DNA from: Guillardia theta CCMP2712
Taxonomy: Eukaryota; Protista; Cryptophyta
DNA length: 64,000 bases
Assembly (NCBI RefSeq): GCF_000315625.1
Contig: NW_005434591.1
Coordinates: 59,895 to 123,894, forward strand
Reading direction: 5' to 3'
Position 1 is the stretch's first letter; each line of letters opens with the position of its first letter. The translations under genes and the position numbers were made by a program. Of the stretch, positions 1 to 12,229 are shown one piece after another. The notes beneath the pieces were generated by a model that saw only the letters and a list, made by a program, of their open reading frames with translations, had not been told where the DNA came from and did not search any database.

Positions 1-1111
1 TCCCTCCTCCCTCCTCCCTCCTTCCTCCTCGCTTCTCCCTCCTCGCTTCTTCCTCCTCCCTCCTCCCTGTTCCTCCTTGCTCGTGACATGTTGACAGAGA
101 CTTTCTCGACACTCCTGACCTCCTCATGAGGCTCTCGGAGGCTAGTTTCCTCTTGCTCTACCAGAGTTGCCTGACGCTGTCCCGCAGTACTCCGCCATCG
201 TCTTTCTTCGCCGCCCTTCCCATCTCTCCTTCGCTGCCTCAGGGTCTGCCAGGATGGCGCTGTTGGCCAATGTGCCGGTAAGTTGCAGGCGGCACTAGCA
301 GCAAGGGCAGGAAGATGGTGGAAGGGAAGAGAGCAGGAATTGAGCTGGGAGGAGGTGGAGGAGGAAGGAGGGGGGAGGAAGGGAGAGGATGCCAAGCGAA
401 GAGGTCGAGGACGAGGAGGGAGAACGTAAGGAGTGAAGGGCGAGAAGGAGGACAGGGGGGAGGAGGAAGGGAGTGAAAACTTGCTGACTGCATGGCAGGT
501 GATCTGTGAGGACTCGCTTCACTTCGCCGACCTCGAGAATACAGTCGAGCTTGCGCCCTTGGAAGAGATTCCCAGAAGAATCCGGTAAGGGAGGGAAGGA
601 AGAGGATGATGAGGGGAGGGGAGGGGAGGACGATGTGACGTCTGAGCAGGGAGGTTGTGAGCAACGAGGAGCTGAGGAGACACATCGTGGAGCGGCAGAA
701 GCAGTTCGTGGCTAAGTGGCCTCCGGTGAGGGTTGTGGCTGATGCTGAGGGAGCTGACGATGGAACCAGAGTGAGATCCAGGCGAGGCATCGGGCCCTCT
801 ATGACCAACTCCGGCCGAAGCACATGCCGGGAGAGCTGCCGCCGGACTACATCGAGAAGGCCGCGATGCCGGCGGAGGAGAGCGACGAGGCGAACAAGCT
901 GCGAGACGAGATGAACAAGTTTGTGGACAGGTTGACGATGAAACAGTTGTCTTCTCGTGCCTCACTCTGACTGATCTGCAGCCCCATCCGCAACCTGGCG
1001 GACGAGGAGGAGGAGGACAGTGAGTTCGCAAAGTTCCGCAGCGAGAAGATCCGAGAGCACCTGAGGCGATCCAACCTCAGAGGAGACAAGCGCATCAAAG
1101 ACGCGGCCTGA
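1..1111 (+). CDS. 3' part of a spliced hypothetical protein gene (5' end outside window)
   Basis: Short GT..AG introns join in-frame exons (…RRHIVERQKQFVAKWPP / IQARHRALYDQLRPKHMPGELPPDYIEKAA… / PIRNLADEEEEDSEFAKFRSEKIREHLRRSNLRGDKRIKDAA*); TGA at 1109-1111. Confidence 0.6.
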
Positions 1112-1124
1112 CCCTCGTGTGCCA

Positions 1125-2135
1125 ACTTGAGGAACGTCCGATCGGACTCCGATGGCCCAGCCGCTCCGCCCGGCAGCAAGTTACTGAACGGTGTCAGTTC
1201 CGCCGGCCGCTTGCCGTGCAGTCGGCCCGCGGCGCCCGGCCCGTCACTCAGCGGCCACCGTGGCAGTCACTGCCAGTGCGTTGCCGTCAAACCCTGTTCG
1301 AGTCGAGTTACTTTCGTGCCCGGGCCGGCAAGCATGCGGCGGCATCATGGCATCCGATGATCATCACATCAGTGATGCCCGGGCAGCTCCGGGCAGGCGC
1401 TCCGAGCCGGGCGGCTCGGACTCGGGGGCCCGGCGGCGCCGCCCTCGCTCAGCACGTCAGTGCAGGCCGGGCCGCTGTGTCCGACCCGTGACGGTACGGC
1501 CCCGGCGGGCGGCCGTACGGTCCCGCCGGGTCGGCGGCCACCGTACGGTATGTGATGTAACACTGAAGCGGTCTCGGAGGGCTGGGGCGGCCGGGCGGCT
1601 GATTGCACTGTTCGGCGAATTCAAGCCTGGTTAGGATCCGATACTGGGCACTGAGTGCCCGGCAACTTGAACGATTCACACGCCGCGTTTTATCGGAGTT
1701 ACGGTAGAACTTCGGAAACTTCCATGTCATGATGGTAATAGTATTGTACTATCTTTACAAAAAATTTCCGAGCAACTTCAGTATCACACTGGCCCGCAAC
1801 CGTTGAGTCAGTAACAGTGTGGCGGTTCCGGCCCCGGGGAGTCCGAAGTTCGCCCGGGCCGCTCAGCACTCAGCGCTGAGTTCCATCGGCAGCCGCAGTA
1901 CGGTAAGTTCGGTCAGCCCCCGGCCCTTGACCGGGCCCCCACTTCCGGGACCGTAAGTCTCGGACGCCGCTGCGAGTGGCCGGGATCCCGCGACTTCAGT
2001 GCGGCCTCGCACCCGGGGCCGCCGCCCGGGCCCGCGGCGCCGCCCCGGCGGCGGCGGTCAACGGTCCGATCGGCGGCCCCGGGCCCGGCGGGCCCCGGGC
2101 CCGGCCACTCGGGCTCGGCAGCGTCAGAGCGTCCG
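1125..2135. repeat. GC-rich, palindrome-dense dispersed element (two GC arms around an AT-rich core), probable degenerate non-autonomous mobile element
   Basis: Very high GC with dense CCGG/GGCC/CCCGGG; the AT core at 1700-1790 resembles the reverse complement of 39720-39800; no credible ORF. Confidence 0.5.
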
Positions 2136-2812
2136 AGCTAAAAGGACGAGAGGGCATCGATCAAGGGGGTGAGGAGGTGGGGTAGGGTGGGACTATTGAG
2201 TGGGTGGGTGCAGTACAAAAGCTGTTTAAAAAGAGCAGAATGGGGGTGAGTGAAGGTAGAAGAGGGGGTATATGTCGTTTTGGGGGGTAGGGGTAGGAAC
2301 TGGGGGGGTGGTGAATGAAAAGCTAAGTGGCCCTTGGCGAAGAGAAACGCAGGTAAATGCGAAGAGATGTTGAGGCGATGACGATGATGATGAGAACGCT
2401 TGCGGGTTAAAGATTATGTTGTGTGAATGATGGAACAGACAATGTAGAACATGTACAATCATTTCCTGTGTGTTCCATATTGAAAGGTATGAGAAGACCG
2501 GTTGTACTTCAGGTTGGAAGTAACTACACAGCTTGAACAGGACTAAAAAGTGCAGTGAGTGGTATCCATCAGTTTGCGTTATTCAGAGCTGTGGTGAATG
2601 ATGCATGACGAACTAGATTTTTATCTTGTTGGTAAAGGTCTTTGAGGAGTTTAGATGAACTGAGGTCAAGCAGCAGGCAGTTTTTAGCAATAGATTTTTA
2701 TTACTCGGTCAGGCATGACTTGGAGGGTTTGTATGTTCGGATTATTGTTGTTTCTTGTCCACTATGATCAATCCAAATTCAATTCGATGATTTGAATTAA
2801 CTTCGACGCAGA

Positions 2813-2998
2813 ATGCGCACTATCCTCTACGGAAAGAAGGCTGCCAACCTCTACACCCAGGCGTTCGTTCAGAACACCCAGGCCCGTGCTCTCTACCAGG
2901 AGTCCGAGGATACCTACTACCGCGCCAACGATGCCGCCTCCTACGATGACTGGCGCCGTGCTCGCCACCAGTGGGATTACTTCTACAACCGTCATTAA
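2813..2998 (+). CDS. 61-aa Tyr-rich small protein, unknown function
   Basis: ATG..TAA; extreme codon bias (all 8 Tyr TAC, Asn AAC, Lys AAG, Gln CAG, Arg CGC/CGT) against AT-rich flanks; possible acceptor (…cgcag) just upstream. Confidence 0.75.
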   Translation: MRTILYGKKAANLYTQAFVQNTQARALYQESEDTYYRANDAASYDDWRRARHQWDYFYNRH

Positions 2999-3241
2999 AC
3001 TGGTTGTCGTGTCAGCATAACATAATAAAAATAATCGTTCGACAAAGCTTGTTTCTTTTACTTTCCTTGCTACACACTAACATACACACACAACATTATC
3101 GTCAGCACCAAAGTCATCCATTGCATCTTGAGAAAACCTGCAAGGAGTCACCAAACAAACATTCAAGGGTGTGAACGATTACTCGCTGAGTTTGCGTAAT
3201 TGCAATAGTCGCTTTCGCAACACTTTCCCTAGAGTTCCATA

Positions 3242-5174
3242 TCACTCCACACACGTCCGCATGGTGCACTTTGAGTATTCACCTCCTCGATCAGCACGCG
3301 GGCACCAGACGCAGGTACGTAAAATCCCATGTTTGCCCAGCCCTGCAGGACGGAGGTGGGAGAAAGAAGATGGAGAGGGAAGAGAGGGAGGAGATAGAAG
3401 AGGAGGGGGAGGTCGTGTCAGTAAGACATGCATGTCGACTACTGATTCAACTCACGATCCTCTTGTGGAAGAGAGTAGGATCACACTTAGGCCAGCAATC
3501 ATCCGTATAGATGCAAGTCTGGCATGGCAGTCAGCACACGATGCCTGTAGTAACATCCTTGACCTCGTTCCAGCATGTGCGAGGAGCTTCCCCGCAAAGC
3601 TCCATGCTGCAATTGTAGTTGGAGGCATTCTTGTAGTCTGCACAGCAAGTTAACGACGAGCACAGGGAAAGCCGGGGAAGAAGAAAGACCGGCCACGACA
3701 GGAGAGGAGCAACGAGGGGGTATAAGGAGGGAGAATGAGCGACATGGAAAGACAAGAGCGGAGGAAGCGAACGAACCAGTCTTGGGATCGATCGCCTTCG
3801 ATGCGTGGATTACAGGATAGAGGCAGTCGTCATGCTTGCAAGCGACACACCCCGAGCACTGCCGGCTCCACGTCACTACACCCTCAACCCTCCTGGCATT
3901 CACCTCTGGAGTATCCGGGCCGATGGAGCAAAACTTGATCTCGTAGTCTTGGAACGTCGTGACGACGTAGTCTGCAAGGTGGAACACACACTTGAACACC
4001 TGAATCATCAGTGAGCAACGTTGTCCATGGTTAAAAAGCAGACCCAACCTTACGCCTGCATGCTGACTTGGCCCAGACGCTGCAGTATTGCGATCCATTT
4101 TGCTGTCATCATTTCAACACCCACCCGCTCAACACGACTATCTCCTCACGATCGTGTACCCGCCGTTGCCATCGGGGATATGGAGCTCCCCCTGATAGTA
4201 GGGTGCATCGACTGTGCAGTAGCAGGCTGTGTTGTTGCATGGAGTGCCTGGCTCGACGCACTTCTTCTGGATCTGAGGACGACGAAGATCCAGTCAACAC
4301 GAGAAGGACAGGACGTGGTCAGATTGAGGCTCATCACCTGCCAGACGTTCCAGTAGATCGCTCCGATATCAGCGCTATAGCGGAATCTCGTGTAACACTG
4401 CTCGCAATCCCTGTGCTGTCCATTCGCGTGCTTTGCTTCCCGCCTAGTGCTAGCATCAACATCGAAACATCTCATTCTACTGTTACAGGGTCGTCTGCAG
4501 TCCGCACGCCGGTACATCAGCAGGGCAGGAGAGGCTCGTGTTGGTCAACTCGCCGATATAAGCTGCTCAACCTCAGTGGATTCACTTCCTTCCTCATCAA
4601 GTCCTCATCACCGATGTTTCCAACGTAGTCATAGGGCTGTTGATGGCTCATATTAAAAGCATCGTCATACGGGTCTGTCTGGAGGTTCGAGCATGATTGC
4701 TGTATTTCACGTGGTTACCCGCAAGTGATGCATGGGAGGGGCGGGAGAGGCAGTGAGTTGAGAGAGAGAAGAGATGCGGGGAGTGGAGACGGAGCTTTTC
4801 AACCTGATCCCAGCAGTTTGGAGCGATGAAGGTTGGGTCCATGTTGCTCCCAGGGTCTGTGCATGCCCAGTTCTGACCCTGGAGGTGGAATGAGGACGGG
4901 AAAGGCAAGAAGATTCGTCCACCTCCACGTAATAGTTCTTTCCTGGTGGGGCGACCGCTCCTCCATCAGCATTGATTCCACAGTATGTGACCTGGCCTGA
5001 TAGAAAACATCACCGGCATGCTCAGATTCACGGTGGTATACCTTCGAAGCACTTGTAGCCTTGCGCTGCATGCACTGTAATAAGCAAGCAGACCAGGGTC
5101 ACTGGAAAGATGTGAGTGGCGATGTTATAACCAAGTACATGATCACCAGGCATCATCTTGAGCAATCCAAGCAT
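3242..5174 (-). CDS. Multi-exon Cys-rich, probably secreted or surface protein
   Basis: Hydrophobic leader (…IFPVTLVCLLITVHAAQG-YKCFEG) followed by Cys-rich exons (CTDPGSNMDPTFIAPNCWD, RMRCFDVD, CEQCYTRF, NYNCSMELCGEAPRTCWNE, CIYTDDCWPKCDP, RTCVWCPR…CTMRTCVE*) separated by short introns. Confidence 0.55.
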
Positions 5175-6013
5175 GTTTTCAAAATTCCTTCAACAACCCG
5201 GGTCCGCTCTATCTCCTCTCTGCCATGATCTGCAGCACAGTCTCATCAGCAATAGATTGTTGGTCAGCTGATGAAGAGAGTCAGAGTTCAGAGCTCGTGT
5301 GCAAGGACATTGCAAAGTCAGGATGCGCCAGGTCTTTGTTATGGATGCACAGCCGCGCAGATACTGTATAGTACAATGGAGACTCATCCGTATCATGATT
5401 CATCATGCACCAAACAACAATACGTGTCAATGGATAATGCTGAATAGAGTTAAAAAACAGAATGAGCTACACCAAGAAAACGAGCCCATCTCTTCTTGAG
5501 CAAGGTACCGACTAAACCTGAAAAAGCTTTGCTTGACTACAAGAAACCTCAAAAGCGAGATCTGCGCGATACACATCACAGCCATCTTGGAGTGACATGG
5601 AGGAATATCATTCACAACATGATCAGATCTCTGTCTCTGCATCGTTCTTGCTCCGCTCAAGATCAGCCATAGCCGTCGGCTTCTATCTTTAGAAAATGCA
5701 TTTGGGCGGTTATCCGTTATACCCGTTATGTGAAACGTCCACAACCCCCAGTAATATGACCCTACCCTAATCTAATCTCGCATTTCCACAGCAACCCCCA
5801 ATTTTCTAGATATATATACCGGTATATTTGAAGATATCTACTACCCTACCCATGAGTTTTGAGCTTGCATTTACAATGTAGTAGTAGCTCCCAGGATCAA
5901 AGCAACTGGTACAAACAGATAGTACCACAAGGATTAGTCAAACACTGCAAGGGTCGAAATGACTGGTCCTGTTGCGAAAAGTCTGCAATAGAGCAATGGC
6001 AGGCTTTCTTCAT

Positions 6014-6093
6014 TCCTCCTCCTCCTCCTCCTCCTCCTCCTCCTCCTCCTCCTCCTCCTCCTCCTCCTCCTCCTCCTCCTCCTCCTCCTCCTC
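6014..6093. repeat. (CCT)n microsatellite
   Basis: Uninterrupted CCT run. Confidence 0.95.
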
Positions 6094-6586
6094 GACATCA
6101 TCCTCTTCCTCTTCCTCGCATTCTTTCCCCACCCCATCTCCATCATGGACGGTATCCTCTTCCCTCTTTTTCTCTTCCACGTTATCCTTTGATGTTGCTG
6201 ATGTTCTACTCCCTCCCTTTGTCCTACGTCGCGGCCTTCCCTTCCTCAGTTTCATCTTCGCTATCATTTCCACCTGCCTTTCCTTTATCACTCACCACGA
6301 TTCTTGATCCAGATCTTTACTTACCTCTCGATCTGTCGTGTCCTGCTTCTCGAAACACCTGGATGTTCTTGCAGTCAAAGTTTCTGGTTCATTGCTTCCC
6401 CATTTTCGGGCATGCCTGTCTTTCGAGCGATCTGAGATTTTGCTGTGTTCCGCTTTCTCCTTATTTTGACGTGCTTTCTCTCCAGTCTCTTGCTTTCAGA
6501 GCCTTTGGGTCCTGCCTCGCAAGTTAGTTGGCCAATAATCCCATGTAGACGAGTGGGCCCATTGAATTTTGCTTCATCAGTTCTGA

Positions 6587-8347
6587 TTGGACGTCGCCAA
6601 GTCCCTTTCATGTGCATTGCGAGGATCTGCTGATATGTTAGACCTGTTGATATGGCTGGTCTCATGGGTCTCTGCCGTCGTCTGCTCCTTCTGTTGCGGT
6701 TCCGGGACAGCGAGCTTCCTCTGTGGGAATGAGCTGAGAAGATGCAGAGCCACAGAAGACAGTCAGGTGATCCTTCGAGATGTCGAGGAGGGCGTCGAGG
6801 CGAACGAAGAAAAGCTCCCGACTGCTGATGAGCCGCACTTGGAGGACACGATGGGAGGAGAGGAGAAGATTGCGAGAGCCAAGGGGAGGGAGCTAGTGAG
6901 GCGGTACTCGATCAGCCTGTGGAAGAGGATTGCCGTTCGGGCCCTCTTTTACTTTTTGCTCTCTTACATCCTTGCCGCCATCATTGTCGCGCTTGTTGTG
7001 TTGGTTGCTTACACTCCCTTCCCGTCTGTCGGCAGCTCAGACTGCAAACCTTCTTGTGCGAGCAACGATGCTTATTGCTGTACCTACTTGACTCCGGATG
7101 TCCCCAAGCAAGATGTCTATATCACCATGGATGATGGAACATCGGTCCATGGATGGTGGATCCCGTAAGATATGCCAAGATCTCCTTCACCTGTCTGTGT
7201 TGGTTGTAACGCAATGGTTGCTTTGTTGTGGTTGGTGCTTGGATGATTTGTTCGGCATTGCTCCCGTATTTGATCATCAGGATTGAATGCTGATTTTGGA
7301 ATCGTTTCAGGTCCTACAATGAGAGCAACACCACTTTGTTATACAACCATGGTTCCGGGGGGAACATCGCGAGTAATTACAGGTAATCTTGGTGATTGGA
7401 CAAAACGTTTCACTGACTGAATTCTGAAAGGCTCCAGCGATATCGTTTCCTACGGAACCTCGGTGAGTTTGTTTCCTAGGATCATGATGAGGATGATGTG
7501 TTCTTCTGTATTGAACAATCTTACATCAGGCCTGAACCTCTTCGTCTATGATTATCCGGGTTACGGCAAGAGCTCGGGGGCTTCGTCGGAGGCGTCGGTG
7601 ATGAAGGCAGGAGAGGCTGCTCTAGACTGGGTCAGTCAGGTTTGCTCTGAGGATGACATAGTCAAAGGATGGCAGGTATTGAGGTCCAAGGGTCGCATGC
7701 CTTCAGAGCTCTTGTAAGGGAAAGAAATGCTGGGCGGTGGGTTGATGACGATGGTGGACAGTTGCCTCGGGCGATCGATGGGATCTGCTGTGGCTGTTGA
7801 CCTGGCAGCGAAGATGGCGAGAGCACAAACACCCTTCAGAGGGCTGATCCTTGAGAGCGCCTTCACCAGTTACAAGGTAGGTGGTTCAAGTGTGCCCCTG
7901 ACCACTGGGAGTGACGTTGCTCACTATCCCTGCCTCTTCATGTCGTCAGGATGCGGCTTCTATCAACCTCCCTGTCCTTGGCTGGATCGTTCATCTCGTC
8001 TGGGCGCCTAACATGAACAGCCTGTCGCTGATTTCCCGGACAAGATCGTGTTTGTTCGAGTAGGCCTATCAAGGTGGTGATGGGGAACTTACCTTCGAGT
8101 TTTCAGGTACCATTCCAAAGTGGACGAGTGGGTGCCGTACGCACAAGGGGAAAAGCTTTTCTCGACTTCCGATTCTCCTGCATCCTGCAAGGAGTGGGTC
8201 TCTGACGACAAGGTAATGATGTGTGAGCTTCAACGGTAGTTCATGTTCCAATGTTGCTCCTCCTTTCAGGCTCGCCATGACGACCCGATGCCACAAGCAG
8301 AACAGAAAGCAATGAGAGAATGGATCTCAAAGACAAGATTGCAATGA
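6587..8347 (+). CDS. Alpha/beta-hydrolase of ABHD12/13/17 (Bem46-like) type with N-terminal TM helix
   Basis: Spliced motifs DGTSVHGWWIP, LLYNHGSGGNI, FVYDYPGYGKSSG, nucleophile LGRSMGSAVA, LILESAFTS, acid HSKVDEWVP, His ARHDD; TGA at 8345-8347; start uncertain. Confidence 0.88.
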
Positions 8348-8547
8348 ATCTTGGGAGTGACGAAACGCAAGAAGTTTCGAGCCGCTATGATCATCGTGTG
8401 AAGAATGGGGTCGAAAAAAACAATACTAGTGATCAGCAAGCACATTAAGAAATCTCTTTCGGATGCTTTATGATGTACATTACAACAGAGTAAAGAATAA
8501 TGATACTGGAACAAGGTGACAGACGTCTTGGATGGCGGGAAGAGAAG

Positions 8548-9222
8548 TTACGCCTTGAGAGCCTCAATGTGACCCTGGTCAAACAGCACGCAGCTCTGAC
8601 TCCTTCTCTCGAACCTGACCTTTCTTCCCTCGCTCTTGCTGCTGGCGTTTGATCCGAAGGAACTGTTGTTGTCGTCCTTCCTGTCCTCCAGCCTCTTTAG
8701 GATGGGCTTCGGCAGATTCGGATAGTCATGCAGCATGTCTCTGGCTGATTTTGGCGAAGTCGAGCTCCTCATGGCCTGGATCCTCGCTCCACACCTCTCC
8801 ATGCCGAACACCCAACGATTCTTCATGGTCTCAGAAGGGAAGACGACGTAGATGCTGTCCTCTGGTGTCTCTTGCTCTGTCGCATCGACGGCTGGCTCCA
8901 ACACAGTGCTGAGGGCGATAACCAGGGAATGGATGTCGAAAGTCTTGATAAGAGCGAGTTGCAGCGATATCTCACCAAGAGATTTCTGCAGCGTCTGATC
9001 TTCGTAGAAACACACGTACTTGTTCTCCATCACCGCCCATACAGGGCATTCGTTGTCCGAGTAAAACTCATCTTTAATGTGGAGGTGGCAGCGAAGCTGG
9101 CACAGTCTCATGTTCATATCCTCACGAGAGGGTTCGCTTGGCCCATGACTCTCATTATGCACATCAACTTCGTCAGGCGACACAGTGCCATGGTGGTCCT
9201 GCCCGCTTGTTGGCCCGGGCAT
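8548..9222 (-). CDS. PH-domain protein (single exon) with C-terminal PP1-docking-like motifs
   Basis: PH-like pattern WAVMENKYVCFYED…GEISL…YVVFPSETMKNRWVFGME; tail KPILKR…RKVRF. Confidence 0.7.
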   Translation of the reverse strand: MPGPTSGQDHHGTVSPDEVDVHNESHGPSEPSREDMNMRLCQLRCHLHIKDEFYSDNECPVWAVMENKYVCFYEDQTLQKSLGEISLQLALIKTFDIHSLVIALSTVLEPAVDATEQETPEDSIYVVFPSETMKNRWVFGMERCGARIQAMRSSTSPKSARDMLHDYPNLPKPILKRLEDRKDDNNSSFGSNASSKSEGRKVRFERRSQSCVLFDQGHIEALKA

Positions 9223-10539
9223 GGGTACAATGAGAAGAGAAAAGAGTTTGAGGCAGGAGGAAAGGCTGAACGTACGCAGGGTTGGAGTTGGCGTTGGAGG
9301 AGGAGGAGGAGGAGGAGGAGGAGGGGCTGGTCGTCAAGGACGAAGAGGCTAGTATGGGGTTCAAACGCACGACATCGGGGTTCAAGGACGCGGTGGGAAA
9401 TACCTCCAATATCATGATCAAAACGAAAGTACATCTTTTCAATTCCTTCTCCCAGTCAGCATGGAACACGTACCCTTCATTTTACTGTCAACTCCAGGCA
9501 AATGGCTAGGGTGGGGTACATAGTTCTACCTCCAAAGGGGGCTGCAGGGGTATAAGGAGTAAAAATCGAGATAGCAGATCTCGAGATATTGGGTCCCAAA
9601 ACCCCGGTACGACCTTACAGGGGCGCCCCGATCATGAGATCACCATCAGCTGCCTGTCAGCTTTGCCTGATTTTTAAGTCAGCAATTCCCAACCTCCATG
9701 GTTGGAGATACAAAAAATCATCAAAAAGACGTGTTTTCGTTTTTTGATGACAGTCTTGGAAAAAAGGGTTGCAATCAGTCACACTTCTTTACTCAAAGTT
9801 AAGTTAAAGATCAGTACGAGAACAATGTGGTGTGCCTTTCTCTTTTTTCAATTTTTTTCTTTTTTGTTATTCTTGTAAAAGGTGTTTCCTTTTATTTCTT
9901 TTCTTTTCTTTTCTTTTCTTTTCTTTTCTTTTCTTTTCTTTTTTTCATCATGCGTCCCTCCGATGATGCACCCCAATCGAGCGGACCCGTCCTTACGACC
10001 ACCCTTCCCCTCAATCAACTCCTTGTCCTCACTAGTACCCCCTCATATGTAATGATATTGTAGGGTCTAAGTACACACCCCTTGTCATTTATACCTTCTT
10101 TGAAGTACCCCTACCCACCCTACTAGGCAAAAAATGCCGAGGGCTATGAAGGGATGGAAGGAGGGGCAGCGAGAAAGGAAAAGGAAGAGGTCGAAGAAGA
10201 AAGGAGAGCAGGGAAGAGGAGCAGGACAAGAGGTAGATGGGGAATGAAGGATGATAGAGAGATAGAGAGAGGCAAAGAGAGTGAGGAACGGAGAGAGCGG
10301 GCAGGGTGGGAGCCAGGGCAATACAAGGGGCTGATGGAGGGCTGATGGAGGAGTGAGTGAGTGAGAAAGTGAGAGAAGATGCTGTCATGGATGAAGAAAC
10401 AGAGGAAGGAATGTGGCGAATTCCAGGCATCATGTGAAGAAGACTAGAAGGACATCTAGCTGATGGATTTGAATATTGTTTGTTTTGCATTTGAATGCGT
10501 GAAGCAGGATTGAATGGATCATCCGGGGCTTCACAATTG

Positions 10540-12151
10540 ATGAGAGCAGAGAAAGTTAGAATTTCCTCGCTTTTCGTCAGTCTAATCCTTCACCATCACT
10601 CTGCAATTCATGAGCGAACTCTTTTCGCACATAAAAGCTACCGGTTCTTGAACCAGGGCTACTTCTCGAATCCGCGACTGCAACATCTGCCGTCCTCGTC
10701 ACAGATCCCAGCCAGCGGCCGCATCCAGCTTAGCCCGCTCATCGTACCCTCTCGCCAAAGACGTGAGGAAAAAACCATTCTCCTGATGGGGAAGTCAAGA
10801 GCAAAGTCTGAACCACAACCTTCCGATTCTCGCCCTTTGATAGTGTTTCCCGGAGGTATCTGCTTTCCTTCCCGCTGAGTGAATCCTCAAATGCTCTACG
10901 TGCTGCACAGGAGGAATATACTTCTGGTGGCAAGCAGGGGTTGTTCAAGGCCTGCAGAAAAGGATCAATGTTGACTCCTTCGACTTCACTGGAGCCTCCG
11001 CGGGCTCTCTGAGCGCAGTGTTTGCAGCCTGCGGTGTCGACATGATGCAAGCGTTTCATCTAGCGCAGAAGTGAGCTTTCTTACTCTTTTCTAGCAGTGC
11101 TGTTGTTTGTTTGTTTTGTTTGTTTTGTTTGTTTTGTTTATTTTGCTGTTTTGTTGTTTTGTTGTTTACTTCATGAGCACTTCTGCTACATTCATTTCGG
11201 TCCTCCGCATCGAGACATCTCCTTAGCTTCCCTGGACCCATTGCCTGTAACGCTGATTTGCACAGGCTGGCGGAAGAAAAGAACGTGTGGACGAGGAAGG
11301 AGGGGCTGGCGGGGATATGGGGCGACATGATCTACCAGTGGCTGGACGAGCTCCTGCCGGAGAACGCGGCTGAGATCTGCACAGACCGAGTAGACATGGT
11401 TGGATTGTCCTGCTCTTGATGCTCATGTCATGCCAGGTGGCAGTCTCTGTGACCTCAGTACGGTTGAGCTTCCTCCCCCTCAAGGTGGACAACAAGAGGC
11501 ATTCGGTTGCGTATGAAGATGTTGATGCTCTTGTGATATCAGCGCAAGTCGATCACACGGTTCAAGACAAAGAAGGACCTGATCGAGGCCTGCATGGCCT
11601 CTGTTCATGTCCCCATGTTCCTGGATGGGAAGGTGAGCAAGAGATTGCGAGCACTGCCGGCCTTGAAGCTCCTACGTCTCTCTCTTCAGATGTCTCGATC
11701 GCTCGATGGTGATATCTGCGTCGATGGCTCCATCACGTTTGTGTTGAGAAACAAACCATGGCACTTCAAGCCGCAAGACCGCAAGGTGCGAGGTTGATAC
11801 CCAAAGAATAGCATGTAACATGGAGACGCAGCCGTCCTTGATGATTCACCACCAGGATGACAAGGAGCTCATGGCAAGGAAGTGAGAAATAGATCTTATC
11901 TTGTTCTTGCCTTCGATTCAGTCACTTCCTACAGGTGGAACTTCCTGGAGACCATCTCGCTGGTGCTTGCTTTGCTGTGGTTGCATGCCCTGCTAACATG
12001 ATTCCAGGATCAATTCGAGGAGATGTTTGAGATGGGGCAGGTTGATGCGTTCTACCTACTTTGTATTGCACTGAACGTAGATGTTCAGAAATATGCAGAA
12101 GAGATGATCGACAAGAAGACTCTTGAATCCTTCATACAGGAATACTCATGA
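10540..12151 (+). CDS. Patatin-like phospholipase (PNPLA type)
   Basis: Spliced Gly-rich loop FPG/GGIYFWWQAGV, nucleophile GASAG, LIEACMASVHVPMF, catalytic VDGS; TGA at 12149-12151; N-terminal extension before the domain, start uncertain. Confidence 0.88.
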
Positions 12152-12229
12152 ACCATCACCTTCCAGCACCAGTTGGGATGTTGGGATAATTCTCGCAAAA
12201 CTTGCCATCTGACTCATTTGAAGATTTTT

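Noticed and set aside
1117-2185. Ala/Arg/Pro/Gly-rich ORFs here and at 39160-39684
   Set aside because: Stop-poor because of extreme GC; no domain motifs or host codon pattern
2813-2998. Ejectisome Tri/Reb (R-body) protein
   Set aside because: Size fits, but it lacks the VNxQITDxVTQ-type Reb signature
5859-6527. Poly-P/poly-S/poly-E ORFs, and similar homopolymer ORFs at 27401-27776, 29810-30757, 32959-33483 and 46726-47132
   Set aside because: Translations of microsatellites in introns or intergenic DNA
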